The notes: generated by a model not told the origin, from the sequence alone. A stretch of DNA of 64,000 bases from a virus (IMGVR_UViG_3300032030_000024:1-64000), one strand, 5' to 3'; positions 45,904-56,598 are shown, numbered from the stretch's first letter. Program-made: numbers and translations.

Positions 45904-46140
45904 TCATTCATAATTTTCGGCATACCAGTCCATTGCCATCTGCTCAAAATGGGCTACGCTGGCTTCTTTCGGCTCGTCACCGCACTTGGCTGCTACCTCG
46001 GCTCTGGAGCAGTGGAACACCCGCACCTTGCCGTCCTTGGTCATAAACCGCATTTCGTACCGTTCATCATTCTTGCAAGACCTCTCCATACTGCAAAGGT
46101 TGTGGTCTGTCATAAATACCAGCCATGTCCTATCGTTCAT
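45904..46140 (-). CDS. hypothetical protein
   Basis: 78-aa ORF. Confidence 0.5.
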   Translation of the reverse strand: MNDRTWLVFMTDHNLCSMERSCKNDERYEMRFMTKDGKVRVFHCSRAEVAAKCGDEPKEASVAHFEQMAMDWYAENYE

Positions 46141-46252
46141 ATTGTCGCGTTTTTAAGGCCGTGTGGCCGTTTGTTTTCTCTTTGTGGTATAGTTGCCAGC
46201 CTTGGCCGTGAAAAGCGAACCATGACCGCTTTCTGTGCGTCAGCGGGCGTTT

Positions 46253-46450
46253 TTATTTGAAAGGGCAGTTCTTGCACCTGTCCGTCCGCTCTTCTTTGCA
46301 GACAAATGCGTTGTCAATATCTACCTCGATAATCTCCTCACCCCGCACTTGATAGTTGAACGTGCGCTCTAAGTCGCGCCTGTCGGTGGTCAGCGGACAA
46401 ATCATCATGCCGCTGCGGGTTCTCAGACAAAAGCATTTCGTCGTACTCAT
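46253..46450 (-). CDS. small Cys-rich protein
   Basis: C-terminal CKNCPF. Confidence 0.5.
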   Translation of the reverse strand: MSTTKCFCLRTRSGMMICPLTTDRRDLERTFNYQVRGEEIIEVDIDNAFVCKEERTDRCKNCPFK

Positions 46451-46462
46451 ATCGTCTCGTTT

Positions 46463-47071
46463 TTAGTTCATTAATACCGTTATGTCGTATGCGCTCATGG
46501 GGTCTGCCACCGTGCCGCAGAAGCTGGCGATAATCTGTAGGTCTATCAACCTGTCGCAGCCCGTGAGGTCGTACCGCCACACCTTGCGGCACTCTGCGCT
46601 GCCCATCTGCCCTTGGTAGTCGCACTTGGTAAGCAGCATCCTCACGTCGCCCTCGGCGGCTATGGCATCCATCACGTCCTCGACTGCCGACCAGTCGTTA
46701 TCGTAATACTTGTGGCTCGTCAGCGGCTGTATGGCCTTGTAAGCCCTGCGAATGAAAGTCCTCTTGTTCAGCATAGTCGTTTTATTAGCCGTGATACTGC
46801 GTCCACCACTGATATTGAAAGTCCTTTTACTTCTCATGACGGCATTCTTATCGCGCATGGTGTGAAGCCTTGCTCTCACCCCTGCCTGCTGTGCGCTGTA
46901 CCATGCGAGGCTCATCGGCGTACCGCCAAGCTCTCCACATGATGCAAACCAATGACAATCACCGAAGGCGTTCTCGTCGAAGAAGAAGCCCTGCTCTCTC
47001 AGGTTCTCAACTGATGTATTGTAGCGGGTTGCCTCTGCTGTCATCATCTCGTTGCGCTGTGTCATTGTCAT
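46463..47071 (-). CDS. hypothetical protein behind conserved leader
   Basis: start placed at MTMTQR after ACGAGT. Confidence 0.65.
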   Translation of the reverse strand: MTMTQRNEMMTAEATRYNTSVENLREQGFFFDENAFGDCHWFASCGELGGTPMSLAWYSAQQAGVRARLHTMRDKNAVMRSKRTFNISGGRSITANKTTMLNKRTFIRRAYKAIQPLTSHKYYDNDWSAVEDVMDAIAAEGDVRMLLTKCDYQGQMGSAECRKVWRYDLTGCDRLIDLQIIASFCGTVADPMSAYDITVLMN

Positions 47072-47140
47072 ACTCGTCTTGCGCCGTGTTATGGCCTTGC
47101 GCTCTTGGCCTCTAAGGGTTTTCGTTGATGCAAAGGTACG
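47069..47140 (-). promoter_or_regulatory. promoter plus structured leader (copy 3)
   Basis: TACCTTTG..CCCTTAGA GGCC-AAGAGCGCAA-GGCC..ACGGCGCAAGACGAGT-ATG. Confidence 0.7.
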
Positions 47141-47202
47141 AACGACGTGCCATATACGCAAGTTTTTAATCACTCTTTAGCTTAACTCGCCGACCTTTAG
47201 CT

Positions 47203-47463
47203 TTAGTTAGCTGCCATACCGCCAACACGAAGACTTTCTATCTCATCTTCGAGCTTTTTTATGCGCTCACGGAGGCGGTCGGACTTCAACGTGGAGAAGT
47301 TTATCCTTGCATGGCGCATGCCATAGCCGAAGCCCATGCCGTCAATACGCCTGTGCTCCCTTATAGTCTCATCATGCAGCCTTTCTTCAAGCTCCTTTTT
47401 CTTTTCAAGAAGCCGTTGTGTTCTGTCCGTTTTCCCCATAGCCGTTTTCTCCAGAATCATCAT
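47203..47463 (-). CDS. hypothetical coiled-coil protein
   Basis: 86-aa ORF. Confidence 0.5.
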   Translation of the reverse strand: MMILEKTAMGKTDRTQRLLEKKKELEERLHDETIREHRRIDGMGFGYGMRHARINFSTLKSDRLRERIKKLEDEIESLRVGGMAAN

Positions 47464-48139
47464 GTACTATTTTAAATCCATCGAGTTTACAGTTCTCCTC
47501 GAACTTCGCGCTGCGCTGTGTCTGGTCGTCGTAATAGATTGTGTAACGCCCTGCCGACCCTTCCGAGCAGTCCACGTCAAGCAGGTAGCCGCGTTTCAGC
47601 GCCGAACTCCGATGATGGATCTGCGACATCGTATATGCCTTTGTCAAGACCACCTTCAGGTTCGTCTTGCGCTCAAGGCCATACACTACGCGCAGCCTTT
47701 CCTTCCGTATCAGTTCCTTTCGGCTGGCGCTATGCCGCTTCATCAGCTCCTCGTAACGCTTGGGGTCGCTCTCCCTCAGCTTCCCGATGGGACTTTTCCG
47801 CTTGCCGTCCCGCATGTCCTGCCAGTACCTTTGGAGGCCGGCTATCGTTGCCTCACATGGCAAATGCCCGCGCTTGCGGTCATAGCAGCCGTTCCGCTCG
47901 TTGGTCTTGGCTGCACGTCTGTTCCTGCGCTTATGAATCGCCTCCAAGCCCCGCTTGCTCTTCGCCAGCCCGTAAAACGCCCGAAGCTTGCGGAGCGTTT
48001 CTATGCCCACGCCCATTGCCTTGGCTATCCGTTCGTTCTCGGTCACGGGATAATACTTGCAGAGCCATTCCTCTTGTGCCTCGTCGAGCACAATCTTGTT
48101 GTTTTTTGTCTTGTGTAGCGGTTGTGGAAACTTCTTCAT
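47405..48139 (-). CDS. HTH-containing hypothetical protein
   Basis: WLCKYYP..NERIAKAMGVGIETLRK. Confidence 0.6.
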   Translation of the reverse strand: MKKFPQPLHKTKNNKIVLDEAQEEWLCKYYPVTENERIAKAMGVGIETLRKLRAFYGLAKSKRGLEAIHKRRNRRAAKTNERNGCYDRKRGHLPCEATIAGLQRYWQDMRDGKRKSPIGKLRESDPKRYEELMKRHSASRKELIRKERLRVVYGLERKTNLKVVLTKAYTMSQIHHRSSALKRGYLLDVDCSEGSAGRYTIYYDDQTQRSAKFEENCKLDGFKIVHDDSGENGYGENGQNTTAS

Positions 48140-48355
48140 AGGTTCGTTCTTTTCCTGTTCAACATCCACGTGGGTAGTTCCCGTGGTTCATCTGCGGATG
48201 GTCTAATGCCGCCCTGACGAACCAAAGTCCCTCTGGGCATTTTGCCACGCTCTCTGCCTCTGGGTTGGCGACGTGCAGCAGATACCGCTTGCACCGTCCC
48301 CTGTTCGGGCATTCCCTGCCCCTGCATAGGTTTGATGTCCTCTCTGTCATAGCCT

Positions 48356-48751
48356 TCACTCAATTATTTCTGGTATGTTTATGTCAAGCCAGCACAATAC
48401 GTCTGGCTGGTTCCAACCACCTTTGCCGTAGCGTTTCGGATGGTATGTGGTGACCTCTCCTGTCTCGACATTCTTCCCCGTCCATGATTCCTGCGGTCTA
48501 TGGGCGAACACCACCTTGCCCTTAGTAGTCAGCGCTATCACTTCGCGGTCGATTTCAGGCAGTTCGTCGCCTTCTGCCATCTTCCACCACATCGAATCGT
48601 CAATGAGCCGTTCCATTTCCTCGGCTCCACAGCTGAAAGCGTCCTTAATGTCTTGCAACGTGAGCGGCTTGAAGGATAGTGCCATTGCGCGGCCTCTCAT
48701 GTAGTTGCTCGCGCCCTCTGCGATTCTTGCTTTTCTTACGTTGTCTGTCAT
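48356..48751 (-). CDS. DUF551-like protein
   Basis: W..ELPEIDREVI..VLCW. Confidence 0.55.
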   Translation of the reverse strand: MTDNVRKARIAEGASNYMRGRAMALSFKPLTLQDIKDAFSCGAEEMERLIDDSMWWKMAEGDELPEIDREVIALTTKGKVVFAHRPQESWTGKNVETGEVTTYHPKRYGKGGWNQPDVLCWLDINIPEIIE

Positions 48752-48949
48752 AACTCTATCATTTTTTCGTTATTATCACCTGCCACGGCTTCTGCTTCGG
48801 TGGTTCCGGGCAGAGCTCGCAACGCCTACAGTGGTGCTTGTCATACCACATTTCCCTGATATGCTCCGCATCGTACACGCACACTATCGGATAGTAGCCG
48901 TAGGGCTGACTGCCGTAGATGCAGTTAAGGCAGATGCTTTCCTTCTCGT

Positions 48950-49591
48950 TCATCGCCCAGCCTGTTCACGTAGCGTCTCTGCTGCGAACTCCAATGCGTC
49001 GATGAAGGTTTCAAGCTCGCTGTCACCGCCAAACATAATCTCAACCTTTCCCGTCTCACCGCAGCTTGTCCCCGAAACCTTCACGGCCATATCCGTGCTA
49101 CTAAGGTCTTCGATGCGGAAATACGTCCTGCCTCCATGACCTGAGTCACCTCCGCAATAACCAGTCGTTCCAACCTCCACCTCAATGATGTTGGCGCTTG
49201 TGAACTCCCGTTTCACCGTCTGGACTTCCACACCGTCCACATCCACAGTCCCATGCTTGATACCGTTCCTGTATTCCTTAAACGCGGTGGCAACCTCCTC
49301 GTAAGAAGGTGCTTTTACTCCTATCGCACGTAAAAACTCCATCCCGCGACATTCGCAAAAGTCCATGAAATGGTGATAGTCCTCTGAGTCGGTGTAGCCA
49401 AGAGGAACATAGAAAGGCGAAGGTTCGTTCCGCCCCATCCACGTTTTCTTCTCAACAGGGTTAAAATGAAACATCCCGTGCGCCTGAGAATACTCCAGCA
49501 GGATGTCAAAGTTTCGCTCACGCGCCTCCTCAATGCCGAGGCAGGCTTCTTTCAGCGCCTTCAAATAGGCTGTCAGTCTTTCGTCGTTCAT
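48950..49591 (-). CDS. hypothetical protein
   Basis: GTTGYCGGDSGHGGRTYF motif. Confidence 0.65.
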   Translation of the reverse strand: MNDERLTAYLKALKEACLGIEEARERNFDILLEYSQAHGMFHFNPVEKKTWMGRNEPSPFYVPLGYTDSEDYHHFMDFCECRGMEFLRAIGVKAPSYEEVATAFKEYRNGIKHGTVDVDGVEVQTVKREFTSANIIEVEVGTTGYCGGDSGHGGRTYFRIEDLSSTDMAVKVSGTSCGETGKVEIMFGGDSELETFIDALEFAAETLREQAGR

Positions 49592-49603
49592 AATATTTGT
49601 TTA

Positions 49604-51043
49604 TTAAAATGGTTGTTGATTGTTGTTATCTGATGGTGCGGGAAACGGTGTGTCTTCTTTACCATCACAGCCGAATGTAGTGTCAGGTAAACCCATGCCG
49701 CTGTCAGTAAACAGCGTGTACTCTGGGTTGAAGTCCATGAGGAACTCCGAGCCACCAGTGCTGCGTCCCTTGTTGAGTATCAGCAACGCCTTGTTTGTCG
49801 TGTCAGCCACCCATGAGAAGTCGCCAGTGAATTTCTTTCCCTTCGTGTTCGGGTCTGCGTCTGGACGGTCAATCATCACCACCGTGTCTGCGCCCTCCTC
49901 AATCTCACCGCTGCCACGAAGTCCAAACTTTGATATTATTCCTTCCTTCACCCCAGCTCTGTTCATCTGGCTCAATACTATCACGGCTACGTGTAGCTCC
50001 TTGGCAATATTCTTTAGCTCACGCGACATTGTGGCAAGGGAAATGGCCTCGTTCTCATACGTCTTTTCTGATTTGAGAATTTGCAGGTAATCCACCACAA
50101 ACAGCTTCACACCGTACTTCTGACGCATTGTCCTGATGGAGCGTAGCAGTCTCTCAAATTTCACCGTTGCGTCCTCATCGATATACAGTGGATATTTTGC
50201 AAAGTTATTAGTCACCTTCGCCAGCCTGTCAAGCTCAAAGTCCGCAAGTTTCCTGTGCAGTATATCCAACGCCTTCATGCCCATGTCGGCACTTAGCACC
50301 CGCGCCCACAGCTCCTCCACGCCCATCTCAAGGGAATAATATGCCACGCCTATGCCCTTACGGGCAACGTTCACAGCAATATTCATGGCAAGGCTTGACT
50401 TTCCCACTCCAGTTCTGGCCGCGATGATAACAAGCTGGTCATCATGGATGCCGTAGTTGCAGTCAAAAGCCCTAAAACCTGTCATTATGCCTGGCGGCAC
50501 ATTTCCGTCTCTAACGTCAAGAGCATGCTTCTTGATTCGTTCCATTGCCATAGATGCCGTCGTTATGCCGTCCGCACCGTCATTGCCGACAAGCTCCATG
50601 ACGTTCTTCTGCCCGTTGATTATCGTCTCGTCAAGGGAAACGCCCATCTTCACCGCATCATCGGCACACTGCTGGAAGTATAGCCTTGCCATGTTGCGCT
50701 TGTAGTAATCGGACAGCTTGCGGACGTTCTGCGAAAAGGTGTCCTTGTCACTCAAAGCCACCATGCGCTGAATCTCCATCCTGTCGCCACTGTTCCCGCC
50801 ATCGTTAAGCACCGTGGCCACCGTTACGGGTGTTGCCGCCTCGCCTTTGTCAATTAACGATTTTGCGGCATCAAACACAGCCCTGTACTCATCGTGGAAC
50901 ATATCGCCAACAAGCACGTCGGAGTTCTGCCTGTAAAGCTCGTTGTACCTCAGAATCGTACCGATGACGGCACGTTCTGTGTCCTCGCTGCGCAGGACTA
51001 CTGCCTGCATGTTCGTTTTGCTCTGATTCGTCTTATTGTCCAT
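49604..51043 (-). CDS. dnaB: replicative DNA helicase
   Basis: AARTGVGKS, SLEM, VDYLQ, LSQMNR, LRGSGEIEEGAD. Confidence 0.93.
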   Translation of the reverse strand: MDNKTNQSKTNMQAVVLRSEDTERAVIGTILRYNELYRQNSDVLVGDMFHDEYRAVFDAAKSLIDKGEAATPVTVATVLNDGGNSGDRMEIQRMVALSDKDTFSQNVRKLSDYYKRNMARLYFQQCADDAVKMGVSLDETIINGQKNVMELVGNDGADGITTASMAMERIKKHALDVRDGNVPPGIMTGFRAFDCNYGIHDDQLVIIAARTGVGKSSLAMNIAVNVARKGIGVAYYSLEMGVEELWARVLSADMGMKALDILHRKLADFELDRLAKVTNNFAKYPLYIDEDATVKFERLLRSIRTMRQKYGVKLFVVDYLQILKSEKTYENEAISLATMSRELKNIAKELHVAVIVLSQMNRAGVKEGIISKFGLRGSGEIEEGADTVVMIDRPDADPNTKGKKFTGDFSWVADTTNKALLILNKGRSTGGSEFLMDFNPEYTLFTDSGMGLPDTTFGCDGKEDTPFPAPSDNNNQQPF

Positions 51044-51407
51044 CGCAGTATTTTATTAGCTCGTCTATCGCTTCCTCTAACGTCCACTTTACACCCGTTA
51101 TCGGCTTGGCCATTTTGCAGAACTGGATATATATCTCTACAAGAAAGCAGCATATATTGCCGACCTTCTCCGCTGGAGCCTTCTGGTTGTCGATGATGTA
51201 CTGCCCTATATCGTCCGCGCAGGTGCATTCCCATCCAGCCTCGTACATTTCGCAGATGACCCTGTATACCCACCGCAGCTGCCTGTTGGCGAACATGTCG
51301 GGAAGAAGGAAGTCCCTGCACTGCTTGTAGGCAGACATCCCATCGCCAGCCCATATAGACATCAGCTTGGCGATAATGAAGTATTCTATGGCCTCGCGCT
51401 TCGTCAT
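51033..51407 (-). CDS. DnaB N-terminal-like small protein
   Basis: LLPDMF..RWVYRVI; between rep and dnaB. Confidence 0.5.
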   Translation of the reverse strand: MTKREAIEYFIIAKLMSIWAGDGMSAYKQCRDFLLPDMFANRQLRWVYRVICEMYEAGWECTCADDIGQYIIDNQKAPAEKVGNICCFLVEIYIQFCKMAKPITGVKWTLEEAIDELIKYCDGQ

Positions 51408-52471
51408 CCTTTATTCACTTTCATGTGTTTGCGGAACACCCCGATAAGCCCGTCCTGCGGCGTTATTGGGCTTTGCAGTAATAAGTCCACCGTGTCAGCC
51501 ATCTTCTTTGCATCACTGCCACACGCATTGAGCATTTCAATGAAGTTGTCAAGCGTGACGTGGAATATAGGCATCACCCTTCCTCTTTCGGATGCATCAA
51601 ACTTGTTAGATAGCCATATTACGAAATTTGAGTGACGCTCCTGAAGGGTTGCCTCCTTCTTCAGCTGTTCGGTATCACTGCTAACTGTTCTCTCGGTTAT
51701 TTCATCATTCCAACACTCGCCGTTCAGATATGTTTCAGGGTGCTTGCGATAGTTCTTGTCTGGTGTTGCTTTTACATAAGCAGCCGTGTGCCAAATTGCC
51801 TTTGCCCATATTTCGGGTGATAGTTTCAGCCATTTTAAACGAGCGGTTTTCCTTCCCTTTTTATTGTCATAAAGCTCCCACCATGCCTCAAAAAGCATTT
51901 CAGGAGGATATTTTTGACAAATGCAGATTATATCTATAATATCTATAATAGCTAAGAGATGTACGCGCGCGATGTGCGCCGCTTCGCCGCCGCTTACTGC
52001 GCCGCTTGGTGCGCCACTTTGTGCGCCGCCAAGTTCTGTAAGTATTTGTAAAACAGTAGGGTTAAGTGCGCCGCTTCCCGCGCCGCTTACTGCGCCGCTT
52101 GGTGCGCCGCATTGTGCGCCGCATTCTTGTTTCGCTTCTTCTATGGTCGTTTTGTCTGCAAGAGAAAGCATTGTTATGACAGTACCATTGACAATGGTAT
52201 GGTAGATAATATGCTCCTTTTTTACAAGCAATTGCAAATATCTCCGAACGTTTGTTTCTGGCCATCCAAAGGCTAATGCAAGTTCTCGTGATGACGTGAC
52301 AAGTTGTCCCTTCTTGCACTTCACCCCATGTACCACATCGTCATCATCAGTATAACGTGCATGGTTGGCGAGATACACAAAAGCTTCCACCTTGCAGAAG
52401 GTGTGTCGCTCCGGGGATAAGTCCTCTATCAAGTCCCAGGGAATCTTTGGAATGTACCGTTTTGCTGCCAT
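51404..52471 (-). CDS. replication initiator protein
   Basis: N-terminal wHTH (GQLVTSSRELA..GW..VRRYL), C-terminal FEAWWELY..HPETYLN..WNDE. Confidence 0.8.
   Translation of the reverse strand: MAAKRYIPKIPWDLIEDLSPERHTFCKVEAFVYLANHARYTDDDDVVHGVKCKKGQLVTSSRELALAFGWPETNVRRYLQLLVKKEHIIYHTIVNGTVITMLSLADKTTIEEAKQECGAQCGAPSGAVSGAGSGALNPTVLQILTELGGAQSGAPSGAVSGGEAAHIARVHLLAIIDIIDIICICQKYPPEMLFEAWWELYDNKKGRKTARLKWLKLSPEIWAKAIWHTAAYVKATPDKNYRKHPETYLNGECWNDEITERTVSSDTEQLKKEATLQERHSNFVIWLSNKFDASERGRVMPIFHVTLDNFIEMLNACGSDAKKMADTVDLLLQSPITPQDGLIGVFRKHMKVNKG
51973..52124. repeat. iteron-like 12-bp repeats, putative origin
   Basis: two blocks of five GCGCCGC-type repeats at 12-bp period flanking an AT-rich spacer, inside the rep gene. 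Confidence 0.7.
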
Positions 52472-52835
52472 ATTTTACTCAACCTTTCCTTTTATGCGGG
52501 AACACAGCTCTTTGTGACATTACGACCGCACATCCGGCATGTGTTGTGGTCACGCGCCTTAATCCTTTTACTGATTTCGTACCATTCCTTAGTATGATAC
52601 TGCCGCAAAAAATCTTCTTTTTCCATTTGCATTCCTTTTTTGTTACGCATCCGTTTTTAAGCAAAGGATAAGGGCGAATGAAAGACGGAATGCTTAACTT
52701 TCATTTTGGCTTTTGGCGGCAGCTACCCGCCTCACGCCCTAATCCGATGCAAAGATAACAGATATATGCAAAACAACCGCTTCCGTATATGCTAATAATA
52801 TTTAATTAACAAACTATTTAGCATATCGGGGCGCA

Positions 52836-53333
52836 TCATACGCCTGTTGAGCCGAAGCCGTTCTCGCCCCTGTCCGAAGAGGAGGCGATTGCGTCGGTGC
52901 TCTCCAGTTCCACGTCGGGGACTGTCACGACCTGCATCTGTGCAATGCGCATGCCCTTCGGGAGATAGACCATCTGCCCCTCCACAATGCATTCCCTCAC
53001 GTTGATGATGGCACCGACATGCCCCCCGTACCCTGAATCGACAAGCCCCCTGACAACGTCTGCGTCAATGCGGGTCTTGCTTCCGCTCAGGAAGCCCTGT
53101 CCCTCCATGTACACACACTCCATCCCCTTCGATGACAGTCCGCTTCTCGGCTGTATCGTTGCTGCGAACCCCCTCGGCAGCTCAATGGAGAAGCCAAGGT
53201 CAACAACCTGCCTGCCACAGAACAGCTCCGTGTCACGCGGTACGAAAACATCAAACGCAGCATCGCCCTCGTGCTGCTTCTCAGGCATAATGCCATCGTA
53301 AAGTTTTACTTTAATCTTTGTTGGATAATTCAT
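52836..53333 (-). CDS. dut: dUTPase
   Basis: AAFDV, PRSG, GLVDSGYGG, RIAQ, RGENGFGSTG. Confidence 0.92.
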   Translation of the reverse strand: MNYPTKIKVKLYDGIMPEKQHEGDAAFDVFVPRDTELFCGRQVVDLGFSIELPRGFAATIQPRSGLSSKGMECVYMEGQGFLSGSKTRIDADVVRGLVDSGYGGHVGAIINVRECIVEGQMVYLPKGMRIAQMQVVTVPDVELESTDAIASSSDRGENGFGSTGV

Positions 53334-53334
53334 G

Positions 53335-53901
53335 TTATATATGTATTTTAATACCTTTTTTCTTACTCAGCCGCCTTGCCTCGGCGGTGTAGTGTCTTAT
53401 CATGTCCTTAAGCTCCGCGTCGCTCCATTTCCGTTCCTGGTTGTGCAGGACGTTAAGTTGTTCAAAACGCTCATCGCCAATCTTTGCAAGGAGATTGTCC
53501 GTATAGCCTTTAAGATGGTTGGAATCATGGCAGTTGCAAATCGCACACTCCGCATTAACGTTTCGTTCATCCCAGCGCGTACTCATACATCGCCGTGAAT
53601 AGTAGTGCCCAGCCTGCATTTGCTCAAACGGTAGCACCCGTCCGCAGGAGATACAGACGGTGTTGCCGCCGTACATGGCATCACGGAGCCTCACGAATGC
53701 CGAGAATACCATGTCGAGCCGCTTGGCGAGGTCTACCTTGTCCCGTCCGTTGCGCCTGTGAGCCTTTTCCTTGCCAGACACGGGCTTTTCTCCGTCCCTC
53801 TTGGGTGTCAGTGCCGCAGGCTTTCTTTTGAACGGTGTGCGCCTTAACACTGCGCCCTTGCTGCGGAGTGGGGTGGTGCGCTTCAATGAGTTCCACGTCA
53901 T
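53335..53901 (-). CDS. NinG-like recombination nuclease
   Basis: FVRLRD..CISCG..AGHY..RWDERNVNAECAICN. Confidence 0.85.
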   Translation of the reverse strand: MTWNSLKRTTPLRSKGAVLRRTPFKRKPAALTPKRDGEKPVSGKEKAHRRNGRDKVDLAKRLDMVFSAFVRLRDAMYGGNTVCISCGRVLPFEQMQAGHYYSRRCMSTRWDERNVNAECAICNCHDSNHLKGYTDNLLAKIGDERFEQLNVLHNQERKWSDAELKDMIRHYTAEARRLSKKKGIKIHI

Positions 53902-54407
53902 ACGGGCTCGGTGGCTTTGGTGACTATTCTCAGGTCGATGCCCTTCAGGTAGTGAAGCATCTTCATCCGCAGCTCGAAGTCGCGGGAAACGGCCTTCAGC
54001 GAGCCCTTGGTGTCCTCCACGACCTCCACGCCGCCCTTCTCGTAGACGAAATCGGCTGTGTAGAACACCCCCGTGTACGTCCTGCGCCTTACCGTCTTGT
54101 CCTTGGTCTTCAGGTGTACCACCACGTCCTCGTACTCATCGGGAAATAGGTCGTACCTCACCTGTAAGCGCAGGTTCTTTATCTCCCCGCGTAACTGGCA
54201 CTCTCTGAGGTATATATACCTGTTCCGTTCAAGCTCCGACGCAAAGCTGATCCCGTTGTATTCGCACCGTCTGTTGCCGTACTTGCTCCTTGCCTCCTTC
54301 TTCACATCCACGAGGAGCCCGCCACCGACGATGGCCGTCTTTTGCCGTTTCCGTGGCTTCTGCCGCAAGAACGCCCTGTACTCCGATACATTTATCCTGT
54401 CCTTCAT
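53898..54407 (-). CDS. DUF1064 family nuclease
   Basis: SKYGN..FAS..E..YTADFVY..VEDTKG. Confidence 0.85.
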   Translation of the reverse strand: MKDRINVSEYRAFLRQKPRKRQKTAIVGGGLLVDVKKEARSKYGNRRCEYNGISFASELERNRYIYLRECQLRGEIKNLRLQVRYDLFPDEYEDVVVHLKTKDKTVRRRTYTGVFYTADFVYEKGGVEVVEDTKGSLKAVSRDFELRMKMLHYLKGIDLRIVTKATEPV

Positions 54408-54417
54408 ATCCTTGCCC

Positions 54418-54645
54418 TCACACCGCGCTTTTGACCGTCAGCCCCAGCTCTATCGCCACAGGCTCGTCCTTCCATGTCAGGACGGGAAGCTCGAAGCCCT
54501 CGGACTCCATCTGCATGACGAGAGACGAGAAGCAGGCAAGCTGCTCCCCGCACCACACACGGAAATGCTCGTTTCTCTCTGGCAGGCCGGTGAACACGCA
54601 CCCCTGCCCGCTGCCGCTGACGGCATAATACAGTGTCTTTGTCAT
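54418..54645 (-). CDS. hypothetical protein
   Basis: 75-aa ORF in operon. Confidence 0.5.
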   Translation of the reverse strand: MTKTLYYAVSGSGQGCVFTGLPERNEHFRVWCGEQLACFSSLVMQMESEGFELPVLTWKDEPVAIELGLTVKSAV

Positions 54646-54685
54646 AAATACCGTTATTTGCTATATTTTCTCTTTAATCTTTCTT

Positions 54686-55030
54686 TTACAGGTTACTGAA
54701 CGTTTTCATGTATTTGCAGGCAAAGTCCATTGCCTTCCCCAAGTCGGACGGTAGCGGCATCCTGTGCCATGACGGTACATGTCCGCCCCGCCTGTACCTG
54801 TTGGCCTGAATGAGCACGGCCATATAGTGACGCATCTGCCTCCTGCTGACGAAATGCTCCTGTGCCGCACACTCATTGCCGCACTCCTTCACCTCGGCAA
54901 ACAGGAACGGGCAGCAGCCGTAGCCATGCGTGTCCTCGGCGTAGAACCAGGCACACTCACCGCAGCACCGCCCTTCCCCCCTGCCTTTTGCCTTGTCGTT
55001 TCTCTTGCTCATGATATTGCTGTTTACCAC
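54686..55030 (-). CDS. Cys-rich hypothetical protein
   Basis: CGECAWF..GCC. Confidence 0.5.
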   Translation of the reverse strand: MVNSNIMSKRNDKAKGRGEGRCCGECAWFYAEDTHGYGCCPFLFAEVKECGNECAAQEHFVSRRQMRHYMAVLIQANRYRRGGHVPSWHRMPLPSDLGKAMDFACKYMKTFSNL

Positions 55031-55073
55031 AAATTTTATTTGTCATTCTTCCTTGAACACTGCTTCACGGGTC

Positions 55074-55817
55074 TCACGGGAACAGTGACTGCTGGATGAC
55101 CTTCTTGCCATTTGGCAGTTTTGTCTGCCCCAAGCATTCTCTGTTAAATCTCTCTATACTTTTCTCGTAATATTCTCTATCCAACTCACAACCTACAAAA
55201 TCAAACCCCAATTTATAAGCTGCAATTCTTGAAGAGCCGCTTCCTGTCATCGGGTCGAATATCCTGTCGCCCTCCTTGGCGTAGTTCTTCAGCAGCCATG
55301 CGTACAAGGCAACGGGCTTCTGGGTGGGATGGATGCGCACCTCGTTCTTCTGCTTGTTGCCCTGCTGACGATTGGCGATGTTCACGTCAGTACTGCAGCA
55401 CTCGCCTTGGAACATTCCCTGCCACATATAGTGTACGATGTCCGTCCGCTGATTGAACGACTGATAGGCGATTTCGCAGCCGTATTGGTCACTGTCGCCG
55501 TTCATCTTGTCCCACACAATCATACCGCCTGCCAGTCCGAAGTAGTTGGCTCCCCATATAATGACGTTCCTGCTTATCCTCATAATTTCGTTGAAGAAGT
55601 CCTGCTCAGGTGGCCGTGCGTCCCAATCCTTCTTGCCGTAGTCAGGTGATTCGACCCGCAGATACGAGCCGTTCCGCTGCCGAACCACGCAAGGCTTCTT
55701 GGATGGCTTGTCCGCGCCTATCCCATACGGAGGATCTGCAATGGTTAGCTCGAACGCCTTGTCGGGCAGCGTCCTCATATAATCCATACAATCAACGTTA
55801 AATACTTCGCTTGTCAT
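55074..55817 (-). CDS. N6/N4 DNA methyltransferase
   Basis: ADPPY, HPTQKP, DPMTGSGS. Confidence 0.92.
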   Translation of the reverse strand: MTSEVFNVDCMDYMRTLPDKAFELTIADPPYGIGADKPSKKPCVVRQRNGSYLRVESPDYGKKDWDARPPEQDFFNEIMRISRNVIIWGANYFGLAGGMIVWDKMNGDSDQYGCEIAYQSFNQRTDIVHYMWQGMFQGECCSTDVNIANRQQGNKQKNEVRIHPTQKPVALYAWLLKNYAKEGDRIFDPMTGSGSSRIAAYKLGFDFVGCELDREYYEKSIERFNRECLGQTKLPNGKKVIQQSLFP

Positions 55818-56127
55818 CGTCCGTAAATCTTATATGAATATCTTTTGTCGTTAAGCCACCCTAAAACCCTGCTCGTTCCTGTACGACAGGTCATAGGAGC
55901 ATGTGAACATCCTTTCAACTTTCATCTTGCGGTCATATCCCACGCAGGTGAAGCCAAGCGCAGAGCCGAAACACTCAAATACCGAGTCGCCCCATCTTAC
56001 CGCAATGCGCATCAGCTCACCGTCCCTCACCGCACACTCGACATAGATAGGAGTGGTGAAGGTAAAGTGCCAGTACCATAGCCTGTCACCCTTCCGCAAG
56101 TCCTTCAGCTTCTTGTTCGTCATACCA

Positions 56128-56598
56128 TTATCGTTCCTTTCTCCTAATGATGGCCAGCGGCTCGTCGCCAACAGGAGAAGTGGGGCTTTCAGCATCTACA
56201 GTCCATCGGGACTTCTCACCGTCCGGCCTGTCAAGCCACAGCTGGTGACGTAGAACAAAATGAATATCAATGAGGATGTCGGCTGTGTCGTCATAGTGGA
56301 TGCCATACATCGAATTACTCTCACGGCCCCAGAAACGACGCTTTATCCACTTGCACAGGGATTCCGCTTCATGGCGCATGTTATACCAGCCTCCATCCCA
56401 TTCCTTATCCATGCCGTGACCACCAACGGCCTCCTTGCAGCGCTTCTCCCAAGCCGCCTCAAACAGCTCTTGGAATGCACCGTCCTGCCCCTGAATGCAA
56501 CGCGCAAACTGGTCACAGGCATAGGAAAGAATTTTAACCTGCCGCTCGGTCAGCTCTACCTGATAGGTACGCTGCTCTTTCCCCTTCTCCTTCGTCAT
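56128..56598 (-). CDS. hypothetical protein
   Basis: 156-aa ORF in operon. Confidence 0.6.
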   Translation of the reverse strand: MTKEKGKEQRTYQVELTERQVKILSYACDQFARCIQGQDGAFQELFEAAWEKRCKEAVGGHGMDKEWDGGWYNMRHEAESLCKWIKRRFWGRESNSMYGIHYDDTADILIDIHFVLRHQLWLDRPDGEKSRWTVDAESPTSPVGDEPLAIIRRKER

